Source: Octopus vulgaris
Lineage: Eukaryota
Length of the DNA stretch: 64,000 nucleotides
Assembly (NCBI GenBank): GCA_951406725.2
Contig: OX597818.1
Location: 112,654,001-112,718,000 of the forward strand
Direction of reading: 5' to 3'
The notes beneath the pieces were generated by a model. That model did not search any database, was not told where the DNA came from, and saw nothing but the letters and a program-made list of their open reading frames with translations. Numbering within the stretch: position 1 is the first letter of the stretch; each line of letters begins with the position of its first letter. The translations under genes were made by a program, and so were the position numbers. This document shows, piece by piece, positions 12,895-27,084 of this stretch.

Positions 12895-14068
12895 AATAAG
12901 GCCGGAATTTTTCGAAAACTCAATAATACTCAGTTGGCATCGATTTTTGTGAGGTCAATCGGGCGTTTGAATCGAAAATCCCATAACGATGTTATTTTTC
13001 CGACAGATTTTGCATTGTTTGTCTGATTTTGATGAAAATCGATGAGTGAGCGAGGGTCATGGCAGTGAGTTGATGTCAGTATACGGCGTTGACAAGAAAT
13101 CGATAATTGTGCTTGAGCAATGGTTTTATAAAATCAATAGGCTTTTTGCATGCAAATACCCATATATATATTATTTTTGGCCGTAACATTTATATTTTCA
13201 TCCGATTTTAATGAAATTTGAGATTCAGGTAATTTAGGCAATTTTATTTCAGAGAAATCTGAAGGGCACAAGTGTGTATCAGCTATTTTCAGAGACTATT
13301 CTATCGATTTTTAAGATATGTTACACGCGATTACAGTTCATGTCCATAAGTTGAATGCGGCATGTAGATTTGACAATAAAATCGATAATTGCGCGTGAGC
13401 AGGATCATTAAGAAATCAATATGCTTTTTGTATGCAATTACCTATGGGATTAATAATTTATGCTGTAACTTTTACAGAATTCATCCGATTTTGATGAAAT
13501 TTGATATTTAGGTAAGATTTATGGTCGGAGTCATGCAGTAGAAATAAAATTAAACTGGTGAAAGGCAGATATCGTCAAAATTCACTCACAATAAAAAATG
13601 AACTGATTTTGAAGAAAATTGACGCATGAGTCAAATTAAGCATTTCGACATATGGAACATAGATTATTCCAATAAAATGTATTGGGATTTAAACGTCAAT
13701 GGGATAATTTCATGTAAATTGTCAGATGGATTCTATTTTATGACATAACCTTAACACTTTTCTTCGGAGTTTCCTGATATTGGACTCGCTGATCAATTTT
13801 ATAAGAGGTAGACATTAAGGGAGGAGAGAAAGAAACAAATATCACTGTCAACGGGTCGAAATACAGCCAAATTTTTGACTGTAATTTCAGACGGTCCTGT
13901 ATGTAGGAGCATGTCGAAAGTGGTAACCGAGGAATACGCCTGCGCAACCAGATATAACATGTTAGTGGGTAATAGTTGGCACGGGGTACGTAGAAGATTC
14001 CATTACAATGCCAGAGGTGGGCTTAACTTCATCACGGAAAACACGAGCAAAGACGGGTCCAACATCTA

Positions 14069-14069
<1 letters not shown>
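12895..14069 (+). mobile_element. Putative non-autonomous Helitron-like/DNA element with internal ~280-bp-period subrepeats
   Basis: 13090-13235 resembles 13370-13520; recurrent CCGATTTT(G/A)ATGAAATTTG motif; 3' end ACACGAGCAAAGACGGGT..CTAG resembles a Helitron terminus. Confidence 0.4.
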
Positions 14070-14141
<72 letters not shown>

Positions 14142-14450
14142 CATATGAAAAATAAACAAAACCAGGAAAAAAACATGGCGACTATCCAGCAGGCTTACAA
14201 CAAACGAAAATGGTCAATTAATGAAATTGACCTCCTAATATCTAAAATGCATCTACAATAATTTATATGAAAAATATATTGTCTTAATTTTTATACATGC
14301 TATATCACTGGTAGTGGCCTAGCATGTATAGCATGTATGTATAGAATGCGCTAATATATGCTCTAAGTTATATGATGTATAAAAACATGTAATATACAAA
14401 TAACTATCTGTAAATATAAAACCATCCGAATTTCTGATTACTTCATTTCT

Positions 14451-14494
<44 letters not shown>

Positions 14495-14521
14495 TATACA
14501 CATTTACACATATTCGGAATA

Positions 14522-14561
<40 letters not shown>

Positions 14562-15369
14562 TTCATTTTACTGTATGCATGTGTGCAGCCCTATAATTTA
14601 GAGCTTATGCCTAAAATAGATAAAAATTATGACACAGAAGCATATAAAATTAAAATGTTTGTGAATGTTGTTGTTTACATATACAGAAACCTACATACTT
14701 ACTTTAAAGTCTCATACCCGATAATATCGATAATGATGCAAGGAGATTCACGAGCCATGATAGCTCTGACAACTCTATCTACTTGCCGTCGAATCGGTGT
14801 GTGAGTGTGTCTATTTGTTGAATTCTGAATTTATAATCGATCTTTAGAGGAATTTTAATCCTGATTTTAAGGTTGTCTGATTTATTGTGCGTATAAAAGG
14901 GATTGTTTTTGCAAAAAACTAGAAATCCAACCGGGCAAAGACATGCAGAAATATAAATACGTATTTGTATTTTTATAATTAATCGCGGTTTTAACAATTA
15001 GATGTTACTATTTTCTATAAGAAGATGAGTGGTCTCATAAATATCGATTTGGTGCAGAAAGGGTTCTCTGTCATAACGGATTAAATGATAATAATTGGTT
15101 GCAATATCAAATTTAAGGCGATTATAAAAAATTTATAGATGACCATAAATTTTCTTTAATGATTTTCCTTCTAATTTTTAGGCTGTTCTTCTGCATATAT
15201 AGTAACATTTTTGCCCTTTTAAGAAACCTAAATAATCGGTAGAGTTTGGTGACGTATAAATTTTAAAATGTACCAATAAACGGAAAAATACTCAATGTAT
15301 GAAATTATAGATTATTGTCTTTATAGATTTTACCCGTGCAAGTTTTAATGCACAGAAATGATAAAATGT

Positions 15370-16697
15370 ACAAGGAGTGGGGTTTACAAAAAAAAAAAAA
15401 CGGAATTTGTCAATATTATTTTATTCGATTAGTTTTGCTTGTTTGCACATTTATCGCATTCGAAGTATTCTCCATTTGAAGCAATGCATCGTTGGAAACA
15501 CGTTTTCCACTTTCTGAAATAGTGGATGAACTTTTACGAAGTGATACCTTTTAACACCTCCGTCGTTTTCTTTTTTTTTCTCTTACCCTCTTCCAAATCT
15601 GCAAATTCTGTAGCATCAGCTTTCACATCACATTCGAAAAAAGGTCTGAATCAACTTCAAACTGTTCTTTCAGTTCATGACACGCATCCAGTCGTGACTG
15701 CTTTTGATCTTCCATGAGCAAGCGAGGCACAAATTTTGCTGCAGTCTTTTCATTCGCAATTCCTAGGTTAAAATTCGTTGGCAGGATCTCCAGGACACAC
15801 CAGACATATCAACAATTTCGTCAATAGTTTGGTAACGTTCACTAAAATGAGTTGATGAATTTTCATAGTGTTTTCATTCCTTCGGGAAAGCGTAAGAGTG
15901 GCTGTATGGTAAGTAGCTTGCTTACGAACCACATGGTTCGGGATTCAATCTCACTGCGTAGCACCTTGGGAAAGTGTCTTCTACTGTAACCTCGGGCCGA
16001 ATAAAGCCTTGTGAGTAGATTTGGAAGACGGAAACAGAAAGACGTCCGTGGTATGTATATGTATATGTATGTATGTATGTATGTATATATATATATATAT
16101 ATATATGTTTGTCTGTGTTTCTGTGTGTGTGTGTGTGTGTGCGTGTGTGTGTGTGTGTGTCTGTGTTTGTCCCCCCCCACCAACATCGCTTGACAACCGA
16201 AGCTGGTGTGCTTACGTCCCCGTAACTTAGCGGTTCTGCAAAAGAGACCGATTGAATAAGTACTAGGTTTACAAAGAATAAGTCCTGGGGTCAACTTGCT
16301 CGATGAAAGGCGGTGCTCCATCATGGCCACAGTCACATAACTGAAACATGTAAATGCGCCAAACGTAAAATCCACTCCGAAACTTATGTTTTGGTCGTAA
16401 CGGCGTTCTTGTAAGCCATTTCATGTGTGCCAACTGTTTCTGCCGCCGTTTTTCCCCAGCAGAATACAAAATTTCATGGACGCATGCAATTCATTCTATT
16501 CAACCATCGAAGATAAAGAATCAACGAACAGTGGGGAAGCACTGCTAAAGAAATAAAAAATTAAAATAATTCCACCGGTCGGCAGAATGATGACCCTGAG
16601 GGTCACATCAAGTGGCTTCTATAGACGGAAGCTTGAACAACAACGGGCTTGTCACACTGAGAATGTTTCCGGTTACTTTTGAGTACCTCCTCGAATA
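15370..16697 (-). mobile_element. Mariner-type DNA transposon relic, internally deleted and interrupted by a SINE
   Basis: Minus strand: MKFCILLGK..AETV...AYKNA (N-terminal HTH) at 16360-16490; TIDEIVDMSGVSWRSCQRILT.ELRMK..AAKFVPRLLMEDQKQSRLDAC at 15630-15840; degenerate TIRs near 15370 and 16670-16697. Confidence 0.8.
15889..16353 (+). mobile_element. SINE family A, full-length, nested in the mariner
   Basis: Homology to 58142-58577. Confidence 0.92.
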
Positions 16698-17730
16698 TCC
16701 TAGAAAACTGGGATAACTGTAGCGTTGATACAATGAAACTATTTATACAACTGTATAGAGTTTATCGTTTAACACAACATTAAAGAGGATTCGGATTTTC
16801 CTGCCCATCTTACCCTCTGTTAGCGTGGCACGTATAAAAAATTCTGAAAGCGTGCATTAGATGATAAAATTGAATATAGTCGATATTACTGCTGACAATG
16901 CAAAATTTTTATATCAAAGATAAATCTGATACCTTTTACGGCATATCTAAAATATCGCTTGGAAAATTCGTCATAACGACAATATTGATTAGATAAAAAT
17001 GATTGTTGCATTTGTCAACTCGATTTAATGTTACGTTAAATGGTGCACAATTAGGAAACGATATGTCTTTAAAAATACTAGCGAAAAGAAAGCAAATTTC
17101 TCGCCTCATTGGGAAATGAAAATAGAAATGATCGAGACCTATGGCATTTTCCGCCGTAAATGTGTGTGTTTAAAAAGGATGTAGCAGCTAATTCCGTGCA
17201 AAATTTCACATTGATCGATCGTGTGTCAGACACGAGTTAAATGTATGACAGTGATTTATGGATTTTACGTCTAATTAAGCGAATATGTTAGAAGTGGTTA
17301 AAGTTAAATATCGCGCATTTGCGAGAGTTTAGTAAAAGTATTTTGAATTTTAAATGACGGTTTAATAGTTTTGCATGTTACATAATTGATGTTATATTTA
17401 ATTCAATCGACAAGTAATACTACATAAAGATTGTGCCAAACCAAATAGTTTGTATTCAAAAGTGGGTCTTATATGTATTAAAAGACAGAAAGTAAAGAGA
17501 CTTGAAACAATCTACAAGGTAGGAATTGCAACATACGTTTAAAGCATAAAATGTTTTTATTCAATTAAAATAACGCATTTAAAGAGAAACAAAAAAAAAA
17601 CAACAAATATTAGCTTCAATGACAGTGAGAATATACAGCTACTGAAATTGATAATAACAAAGGACTTCCAGATGGCAATGCATTTGATTTGTATATACGG
17701 TGAAACTATATTAATCTGTCATTTTTTTTT

Positions 17731-17959
17731 TATCTTTTACTTGTGTCGTTCATTGGACTGCGGCCATGTTGAAGCACCTCCATAAAGAGTTTAGTCGAAC
17801 AAATCGACCCCAGTACTCTCCTATTGTTCTCTTATGCTAAACATCTAACTTGGAGTGGTATATAGTAAAAGTCACCAGTTCAAGTTGCCACGCAGTGGGA
17901 CTGAAACGGAACCGTTTGCTTCGGAAGCAAACTTACTAACTCAGCCATACCTGTGCCTA
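17731..17959 (-). mobile_element. SINE family A, internally deleted
   Basis: Reverse-complement homology to both ends of family A. Confidence 0.7.
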
Positions 17960-18194
17960 TAATGTGTAAATTTCAGTATGATTAGTTTTAAGTAATTGAA
18001 TTAAAGAGAATATAGATAATGACTATTTTGAAGGACAAAGATAATATCACTGAAGGTGTAGAAGCGTCAAATTTAAAATTAAATGCATCTCAAAAGAATA
18101 GACACTCAGAAAATGTCTACATTGTGTCTTTATCAAATAATATTTCTATTCCTGGGTTGATTTAGGTTTAACTGAGAAATCAATATATATATAT

Positions 18195-18429
18195 TTCTTT
18201 ACTGCCCACAAGGGGCTAAACATAGAGAGGACAAACAAGGACAGACAAAGGGATTAAGTCAATTACATCGACCACAGTGCGAAACTGGTACTTTTATTTA
18301 TCAACCCCGAAAGGATGAAAGGCAAAGTCGACCTCGGCGGAATTTGAACTCACTCAGAACGTAATGACAGACGAAATACCGCTAAGCATTTCGCCCGGCG
18401 CGCTAACTTTTCTGCCAGCTCGTCGCCCT
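18195..18429 (-). mobile_element. tRNA-derived SINE family B with 17-bp TSD
   Basis: GGCGACGAGCTGGCAGAA...GAGTTCAAATTCCGCCGAGGTCGACTTTGCCTTTCATCC; TSD ACTGAGAAATCAATATA at 18171-18187 and 18430-18446. Confidence 0.92.
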
Positions 18430-18984
18430 ACTGAGAAATCAATATAACCAATCGGACATGCAGTCGGGTTAATTCGGAATGCTCTAGACATCAAAGTCGA
18501 TCTATGATTTTCATGTCAAAATTTTGTTAGTTTTTTACGCATACGCCCACGTCTAATTCCCTAGAGGTGTGAGTTAGTTTCTAGCTTTAACCACGTTTCT
18601 TATCAAACAAACCTTTGTTCAAACTGTTCTTAGTCCGACCGATCTGCCGTTCAGTCAGAGCTCACCAACGATTATATCTTCACAAAGACCATAATACGCT
18701 AAAGTGTGACTTGAGATTTGATTCTTAATTCACAGGATCATATTGTGTCAAGGCATATGCATCAGTACACACCTTTACTCATAATCCCGGATACTTATAC
18801 AAATGAACACATACACATGTTAGGCAGCTGACACGTAGACATTGTATGATGTCAATTGTGCCAAATTCCACACTACTTTCCTTAGCAATTTGCATACATA
18901 GGCTCTGAACGTTTTCTATATTCCTTCAGGTTAACCAAAGCCTTCTGAGTGGATTTGGTAGCCGGAAACTGAAAGAAGCTCGTC

Positions 18985-19031
<47 letters not shown>

Positions 19032-19036
<5 letters not shown>

Positions 19037-19680
19037 TTTAGTAATGCAATACTAGAGTATTGCTTTCCAGTAAAGAATAGCCCGTGAGGGAAAAATATAC
19101 AAAGAAGTAAATATATGGCACAACGAAGTACCGATATTTACTGGAAATAGCGAACGTAACAATACGACGCTAATGTATAGCTTCACCGCGTATGTACTAG
19201 CACAAATGCGTGTGTGCAACAAACTAGAAAAAATTGTCTTACCTCCAGGGAGAACATCTGAAAGATGAAATACCTGGAAAAGGATAATGTGGGACCTGCG
19301 CAGGTTTCAGATTTTTCAAGATATGGCTGCACCCATAAACTGATTTATCTTCATCAGCCAAACATATACCACGAATAAATTTCAGATGTTACCACATTAA
19401 TGCCATTACACTCGACTGAAACGCCGAAACGTTAACAGCACGAGAACGGTGAAGAAGTTTCAATAAATTAGTAATGCAATACTAGAGTATTGCTTCCCAG
19501 TAAAGAATAGCCCGTGAGGGAAAAAATATACAAAGAAGTAAATATATGGCACAACGAAGTACCGATATTTACACGCATTTTTGCTAGTACATACGCGGTG
19601 AAGCTATACATTAGCGTCATATTGTTACGTTCGCTATTTCCAGTAAATATCGGTACTTCGTTGTGCCATATATTTACTTT
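19032..19680 (-). mobile_element. PLE-type non-coding element: direct repeat (19038-19141/19468-19572), inverted repeat (19105-19213/19571-19679) and one HHR
   Basis: Repeats aligned by eye; TA tracts on both sides; HHR at 19290-19360. Confidence 0.8.
19290..19360 (-). ncRNA. Type I hammerhead ribozyme
   Basis: TGG-CTGATGA-AGAT..ATCT-GAAA-CCTGCGCAGG-TC-CCA; 10-bp palindromic stem III; GUC cleavage triplet. Confidence 0.85.
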
Positions 19681-20442
19681 GTATATATATATATATTATA
19701 TGTCTGTGTGCGTGCGTGCGTTCGTGCGTCCGTGTGTGTGTGTTTGTGTGTTTGGTACCCACCACCACTTCACAACTGGCGTTGCTGCTGTGTTCACAAT
19801 CCCGTAGCCCTAGCGGTTCGGCAAATATTGAAAGAGTAGCTACCGGCCTTTAAAAAATAAGCATCGGGGTCGTTTCATTCGATTAAAAGTTCTTGGAGAC
19901 AGTGTCACATCATGGCCGTAGTCTAATGACGGAAACAATACAGGATGAAAGAGAAGAGATAACAATTTCATTTTAATGCTGAATCCAACGTGTTAAAACT
20001 GTGGCACAGATGAAGCACAAATATTTTTTTTTCTCTTCCTTCGTTTTACAGATTGCAGTATATGATTCTTTGTTGGATCAATAGATAAGAACGTTTAATT
20101 TTCTTGCTCGTATGCTGTTTAAATTTCGTTTTTATTCGTGTACATTATACGGGCGTCGTTGTTCATTATCCGAAATGTAACTTAAAGAAGCTTAGGGATT
20201 ATTTGCCGATTGTAATACACTTTAATGCAATCCACACACCGGGTTTTAGTTGGTTATCTTTCTTTCTAATTTCCTTGTTCGTACTCTTATACTAATTTTA
20301 ATTCTCATGTTATGATCTTCAATTATTTTTGAACCAATGCCTGCTTTTGATTTGATATTTTTAGTGTTCTTTTCGCATGATTCAGCTTAGGTTCGCTTTG
20401 TAAGTCTCAGAAATGTGTTAACCCTATGATATATTGCGTTAA

Positions 20443-20671
20443 AAGTGGCGAGCTGGCAGAAACGTTAACACGCCGGGGGAAATGCGTAGCTGTATTTTGT
20501 CTGCCGTTACGTTCTGAGTTCAAATTCTGCCGAGGTCGACTTTGCCTTTCATCAATTCGGGGTCGATTAAATATGTACCAGTTACTCACTGGGGTCAATG
20601 TAATCGACTTAATCCCTTTGTCTGTCCTTGTTTGTCCCCTCTGTGTTCAGCCTCTTGTGGGTAATAAAGAA
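20443..20671 (+). mobile_element. SINE family B
   Basis: Homology to 18195-18429; TSD-like ATAT(A/G)TTGCGT. Confidence 0.9.
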
Positions 20672-20769
20672 ATATATAATATGTTGCGTATTTTTGTGAA
20701 CATCACGTCGAATTCTTACGTTCTAGAAACGGAAACCGAAAGTATCTTTCATCTTTTATTTGATTTCGT

Positions 20770-21085
20770 TATTAGATTGCGGCCAGGTTGCGGCACCGCC
20801 TTCAGGAATGTCTAATGTAATGAATCGACTCCAGTACTTATTTTTTTAAAGACGGATTCAAATTATATCGCGCTTATTAATGAACCTCTAAGTAAGGGGA
20901 CATAAACGCACCAACACCGATTGTTAGATGGCGGTGGAGAAAACATAGACACAAAGACACGCATACATATATATATGCGTGTGTGTGTGTATATGTGCTT
21001 ATGTGCATGGCGGGATTCTTTCAGTTTCCGTCTACCAAAAACACTCTCAAGGCTTTATTTTGCCTGACACTATAGTAGAAGGTAC
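20770..21085 (-). mobile_element. SINE family A, diverged
   Basis: CTTTCAGTTTCCGTCTACCAAA and GGGGACATAAAC motifs. Confidence 0.7.
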
Positions 21086-21899
21086 CATACATCAATTGAA
21101 CGTGCATAGTCAATATCTTAGATTGATACTCAGTGACAATTTTAGATGGAAAAATAGGAGTGATGTTTCGAGCATGTCTCTTCGTCGGAGAGTGGATAAA
21201 GTCTAGAGGAAAGCAAATGGAGGAAGGAGCGGGGCTCGAGAAAAGCAAGTGTGTCGTTACATAACCGAAAGGCATATACCATGGACTCTTACCTGACTAC
21301 TTAATATTCTCCTGATTTGGTAGAATATTAAGTCTTTGTTAGTGGGTCTTGTACGGTTTTATGGTGAAGGTAGATGGGGTGTATTTCATAAATATCTGAA
21401 ATATATATTTCTAAAGTATCATCCGGTTTGTTGAACGTCTGTGTGTCGTGTGTATGTAACGAACGAATGACTTGTACATACCATAAAATACTCCAGCACA
21501 ATGTTACCTTTTAATAAATTTGCTTTATTTTACTCAAATTATTTAGACATATGAGGAGCGGAAGAATTTATCCTCAGAATGGAAACCTGTTGAGAATGCT
21601 AAAAATGTATCTTTTACGATACAGCAAATGAGGTCATAGTGGCTGTCATTAAAGCAGCTGACAGAATGTGTCTGATATTGAAGCAAGAATACATGATTAG
21701 TTACTCATTTCTGTTCTTCAAATCAAAATGAACTGTTTAGCTACAAAGTTATAAAATCACACGCAGGCATCCATCTGTATATGTATCTAAGAAATTGTAC
21801 ATGGACGTATCCATTATGAATATATGGAGTGGTTGTAAGAATTTTTTCATAATATTAAATAGAATAATCTCATCTTTCTGTCAGTAGTCATTGTACTGT

Positions 21900-22106
21900 A
21901 AGGCAGCGAGCTGGCAAAATCGTTAGCACGTCGGTGAAACTACATTGTATTATTTCATCGCTCTTTAACTTTCTCAGTTCAAATGCTACCAAATTAAAAT
22001 TTGCCTTAAACCTTATCAAGGGTCGACAAAAGAAGTGCAAGTCGAACACCGGGGTTGATGTAGTCGACTTTTCCCAAATTTGCTGGCCTTGTGCCAAAAT
22101 TTGAAA
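21900..22106 (+). mobile_element. SINE family B, diverged
   Basis: AGGCAGCGAGCTGGCA...GGCCTTGTGCCAAAATTTGAA. Confidence 0.8.
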
Positions 22107-22321
22107 TCAGTATATATCGTGCTACTGTCGTGTGGATAGAAGGAAACTATAGAGAATAGTTAGACACACGAAGTTACAGACAACCTGTGAATCACACAAC
22201 AGAATCAGAATGCAAATCGGCAAAATATATGACATTGTTTCAATGATGACACCGGTGGCAAGCACCAAAATATTTGGTCAGAGAGAAATACTCGCGCAAA
22301 GTGCAGAGAGAGTCTAATATA

Positions 22322-22417
22322 TTTGTAGTAAAGATTGTTTGCCAACATAACATGGCAGTCCAGGTTTAGGACGAATGTTGCTGCGACGTTACGTTGGCAG
22401 ACTATCTTTACTACAAA
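22322..22417. repeat. 30-bp inverted repeat / foldback (27/30 match, 36-bp spacer)
   Basis: TTTGTAGTAAAGATTGTTTGCCAACATAAC vs GTTACGTTGGCAGACTATCTTTACTACAAA. Confidence 0.85.
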
Positions 22418-23082
22418 GTACTGTTGCTGAATATCTCACGTTGTGAGATTAAAAACATAGTAGTTTTCTATAATATATTTATTCGTCTCCAAATCATCTC
22501 ATTAGATTAAAATTAAGAATGTCAGAAATACAGCGCTATTTTTTCCCTAAAATAAGGATTCGTGAATATTGTTTGTATGCAGACATTTTCTTAATTATTC
22601 TGAGATTTTTATTGCATGCAATTTCATACATATACTTTAATTAAATCTATTTCCATGCTCGCATCCCATCCCGATCTTTATTAACGTAAATATACAAACT
22701 GGGACTTCAGGTTTGTGATACGAAAATCGACATCATTAATTAATAAAGAATTTAAGCGCTTCTATATATATGTGTGTTAAACGCTGCACATCTTAATACA
22801 GACCAAGGCGTCGAACTAATTGTTCAATATATTTATATAAAAGTAACTTCAAAAGATTATATTTAAGACATTAATATGAATGTTGCTTGAGGGATGTAAT
22901 TCTAGAACGTAACATTACCACCTTTGGAAAAACCATCAATAAAATGATTATGGAGTGTTGGGGTAGGCCTTGTCTGTGTAAAAGGAATTCGAAAACTTGC
23001 ATTTGTATCTATATGAAGAACCTGTAATAAGTATGCAGAACGCTATGGCTCGGGCTAATACATACACTTCACTTAACAAATA

Positions 23083-23280
23083 TTCTTTTCTACTCAAGAC
23101 ACAAGGCCAGATATTTTTGGGGAGGAGCCCAGTCAATTATATCTACCTCAGTACGCAACTAGTACTTAATTTATCGAGCCCCAAAGGATGAAAGGCAAAG
23201 TCGACCACGGCGGAATTTGAACTCAGAACGTAACGACAGACGAAATACTGGTAAGCATTTTCCCCGGCGTGCTAACTTTT
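23083..23280 (-). mobile_element. SINE family B
   Basis: AAAGGATGAAAGGCAAAGTCGACC..GGAATTTGAACTCAGAAC. Confidence 0.88.
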
Positions 23281-23946
23281 GATTACCACAAAATATTATT
23301 GCATTATTTATGAACAACCGAATAGGTTGCACGACTAAACAGCAGGTTATCTTCTGACTTATTCTCACTTCTGCTTCTGTTTAAACTCTGCTTGCATCGA
23401 ACAAGTTCGTCGTGAGCACTTGTCAAATTTTTTATCATTATTATAACATGTTCGCTAATTGGGCTTCATATCTGCAATACGAATACCTTTCGTCTCCACA
23501 ATTTTATAGACACACATGCATATACATTTGTATAAATAATTAAATATATATATATATATATGTATGTATATATAAATATAAATACATATATTTATATATG
23601 TGTATATATATATGTATGTATGTATATATCGCCATCGATGTTTTATACTTATGAAATATGCAATTCGATTGTACTCCTACGTATTATACTATTTAAAACT
23701 TCATATTGGTTTTTGTCTATTGAAATGTATAATGTTCAAGCGACCGATATATCAGGATTACTTAAGGCATAGAATTTTTAAAAAATGAAATCAGTCATGT
23801 GTATGTCACGATCCAGCAAAAGAAACACACACATCTACACAGGCGCGAGTGCAAACACAAATACGAGCACGCACAACGCTCACACGCGCACACAGCCGTA
23901 TTTCCGATTCACCAGAATCCAAGTGAATATATATATATACGCATAT

Positions 23947-23982
<36 letters not shown>

Positions 23983-24042
23983 TATATATATACAAATGTA
24001 TATATACATATATAAACCTACATACATGCATACATACATATA

Positions 24043-24086
<44 letters not shown>

Positions 24087-27084
24087 AAATGCATATATAT
24101 ATATATATGTATGTATGTAGATATCTATCTATCTATATATACATATATATAATCATACATATACATATATATATATTCATATATATGTATATATTTATAT
24201 ATTTACATTTATATATATATATGTATATATACTTACGTATATATATATAGATAGATATCTACATATATACATATATATGGATATATGGATATATATATAT
24301 ATATATATATGAAGCATGCGTGTTAAATGAAGGAATGAATGTGTATTGATTTCGAGAGGAGATATCTATACATTGACATAGAAAACTCTTTTCGCGTTTT
24401 TTCACCTTACATTAACAATTACGATAATCATTGTTTTCTACTGCGTAATTAAATGGAATGAAGGAAATACATTGAATTCTCCCTACAAATTCAGAAATCC
24501 TTTATGTACATCAATATATTTAATATTCTACCAGATTAACTGAGTTGCAATAGGAATTAAATTTTCAAACTGTATCGCATTTGAATCGGTAGTTGGGAAT
24601 ATATTTCTGTATGTCCTTGGGTGCGTCAGTGAAATATGTCCCGTTACAACACAGGAAATTTGGATGTTAAAGTTTTTACTATATAGTTAAAAAATTGAGT
24701 GTATTCAATAACACAAAACCGAGAGTAAAATAGAAAGGCATATAACTATGTATTTCGTTCAAAACTGTAGAATAAACTAAAAATAAATTACGGTGGCAAA
24801 TTAGGAAACAACAAACAAACTCGATATGTTCGAGGCTCAGGAAAAGTGGAGACAAGCTTTAAAGCTACGCTTTTCTTCAGAGAGAAATCAAGAGAGATGA
24901 CAGATGGAGAGAAGGAAAAACGGAGGGAGGAAAAAAAGGACTGGATTAACGGTTGCTTATTTTAAGTTTATTTATTATGGTAGGTGACAGTGTTTCAAAA
25001 AGAGATACGCTACGGCGGTGAGGTTGCATAGTATGTGAGTTTTAGCCAACAAGTATTTGTCGTAATGACGAATTAGTGGAAGGAGACTTGCTTATGTTCA
25101 CATCAAGTTTAAAATTATACTAATTCGTATATATAGGAAAGGGTGAATTCACTCGTATTTATCCACCAATGTAAGCAATGGAAGGTGGGTATGTGTATGA
25201 GGTAACACAGAGAAGATCTTGGAAAATAATTAAATGATGGCAAACGTAGGAAATATACACACACAGATGCAGGCACGAATCCATACACACACACACAAAT
25301 ACATGTACAAATCCAGGCACAAATCCATGCAGATACACATCGTAGAAAGACAGATTGGACTAAATAGAGCAAGAAGAGACACAGGGGATGGAGGATCACT
25401 GAGGAGGTCACAGGGTGTGTGTCGAAAGATTTCCAGACAAAAGACATAAAATAAGAACAAAAATAAATCTGAAGTGAAGAAGAAATATATAGGGCGTGTT
25501 TTTATTTGGCCAGAAAAATGACCGTGCCGAAATATAATAATATTTGTTTCAAAACCCGTTTTTACATCAGGAATCTTGCAATACAAATACCTAAACGTAA
25601 GAAAGTGTATTTGTTGAGAAGGAACGTGTATCTTATGCACGTATCATAAGGATGATTATTTTCTTAAATTATCCTATAATTATTTTTTCTAACAGGAATC
25701 CAGATCTTCGTCATTCATTCAGATGATAAATTAATGTATCATCGGTTTCATTGAGAAGTATTCCCAAATACTTCATTATTACGTGGGTTCTAGCTCTCTT
25801 AATATAGTATGGCGAGAATATTAATTAATTGAAATTACCCAAATGTCGTGAAGAAAATTACCATATTTTCATTGTAAATGCTATTTTAATAATGGCAAAA
25901 ATTCAAATACAATTCATTAAGGTATGATTAATTAAATGTACAGAATACATGAGAATGACGTAATTTGACAATGAAATATCTCACGTCATGACGTGTTTCA
26001 GTATCGTTAGATCTCATCAGCAACCACTCTTTAAAACCTTCGGAGTGAGAGAGATATAAATGCGATATGAATAAATACTGTGGCGCATCATTTTGCATGC
26101 ACTTATATCGAATTTCCATTTAATTGTCATGCATATCCTGTTATTTATGATTTTTTTTTCTTGTCGCTTACCTGAAAAGAGCAACGTGGTTTAAGTAAAT
26201 GAAAATGCTTTGATAAGCACACAACAGCGAGGTATATAAATTCACTGCCCTTTAATTATAATGTTCGGTTCTTATAGAAGACAATACAGAAATGTTACGA
26301 TGTCTGTGCTAAAGTACACAGAGCATCACGGCATGGGCATGTAGTAAATTATTGCTATTTTTCCATGCCATGAAGTTATTTATGGGGATCTACTCCTGAT
26401 TCTTTTGCTGCAGTCCGTGGGCAGGAGACGGTATCTCCTACGTCACGCTTTCAACAACAAATTTGATAAAAGACCATGCACGTACGATTCCTTTAGTATG
26501 ACATGTGTGTTTCGTTTTGGAGAATCTAGATCCAGTTACCCAATGACCTGTATCCGGTTAGAGCTGTAAAGAAATAGCTCAAATCAAATCAAAGGAAAAC
26601 AAGTATTCATGCATCGTTTCAGTTAAATTCCTCCAGATTTATTATCATAAAAGATTTGCTTAACATGTTTCAGTTGCATATGTTTGAATAAATAATTGCT
26701 TTTGCTATACTCAGAAAATTCGAAGTTTTCTCGGAGGGATATATTTGAATACATTTCGGCCCCGAAATGATGAACGACAAGGTTGACGTCCCCAAAATTT
26801 CAACACAAAATAACGTTTAATATTGAGTAAAATATATGAAATATGGAATACGTAAGTGATACTTTAAAGATTTATAGTTATTTTAAAGAGATCTCACTAT
26901 TTCATATATGTATCGTATCTGATTCTTAATAGAACTAACCGGGTGCGCATAATGAAGATGTGTTTTATATTCAACAAAATAATTTCATTTGTAACATTTC
27001 CAAAACACGTCAGTCAATTTTTTATTGTATGTCGGGTTTCACAGATTTAAATAGCCGTGGAAATGTGTAATGCTTCATCTTTTC

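Noticed and set aside
24845-24885. Minus-strand CTGAAGA-AAAGCGTAGCTT-TAAA..GTC
   Set aside because: GAAA is lost and stem I is unpaired; at most a decayed HHR
25982-26024. Minus-strand CTGATGA..GAAA followed by the 14-bp palindrome CACGTCATGACGTG
   Set aside because: No UH cleavage triplet after stem III and no stem I pairing
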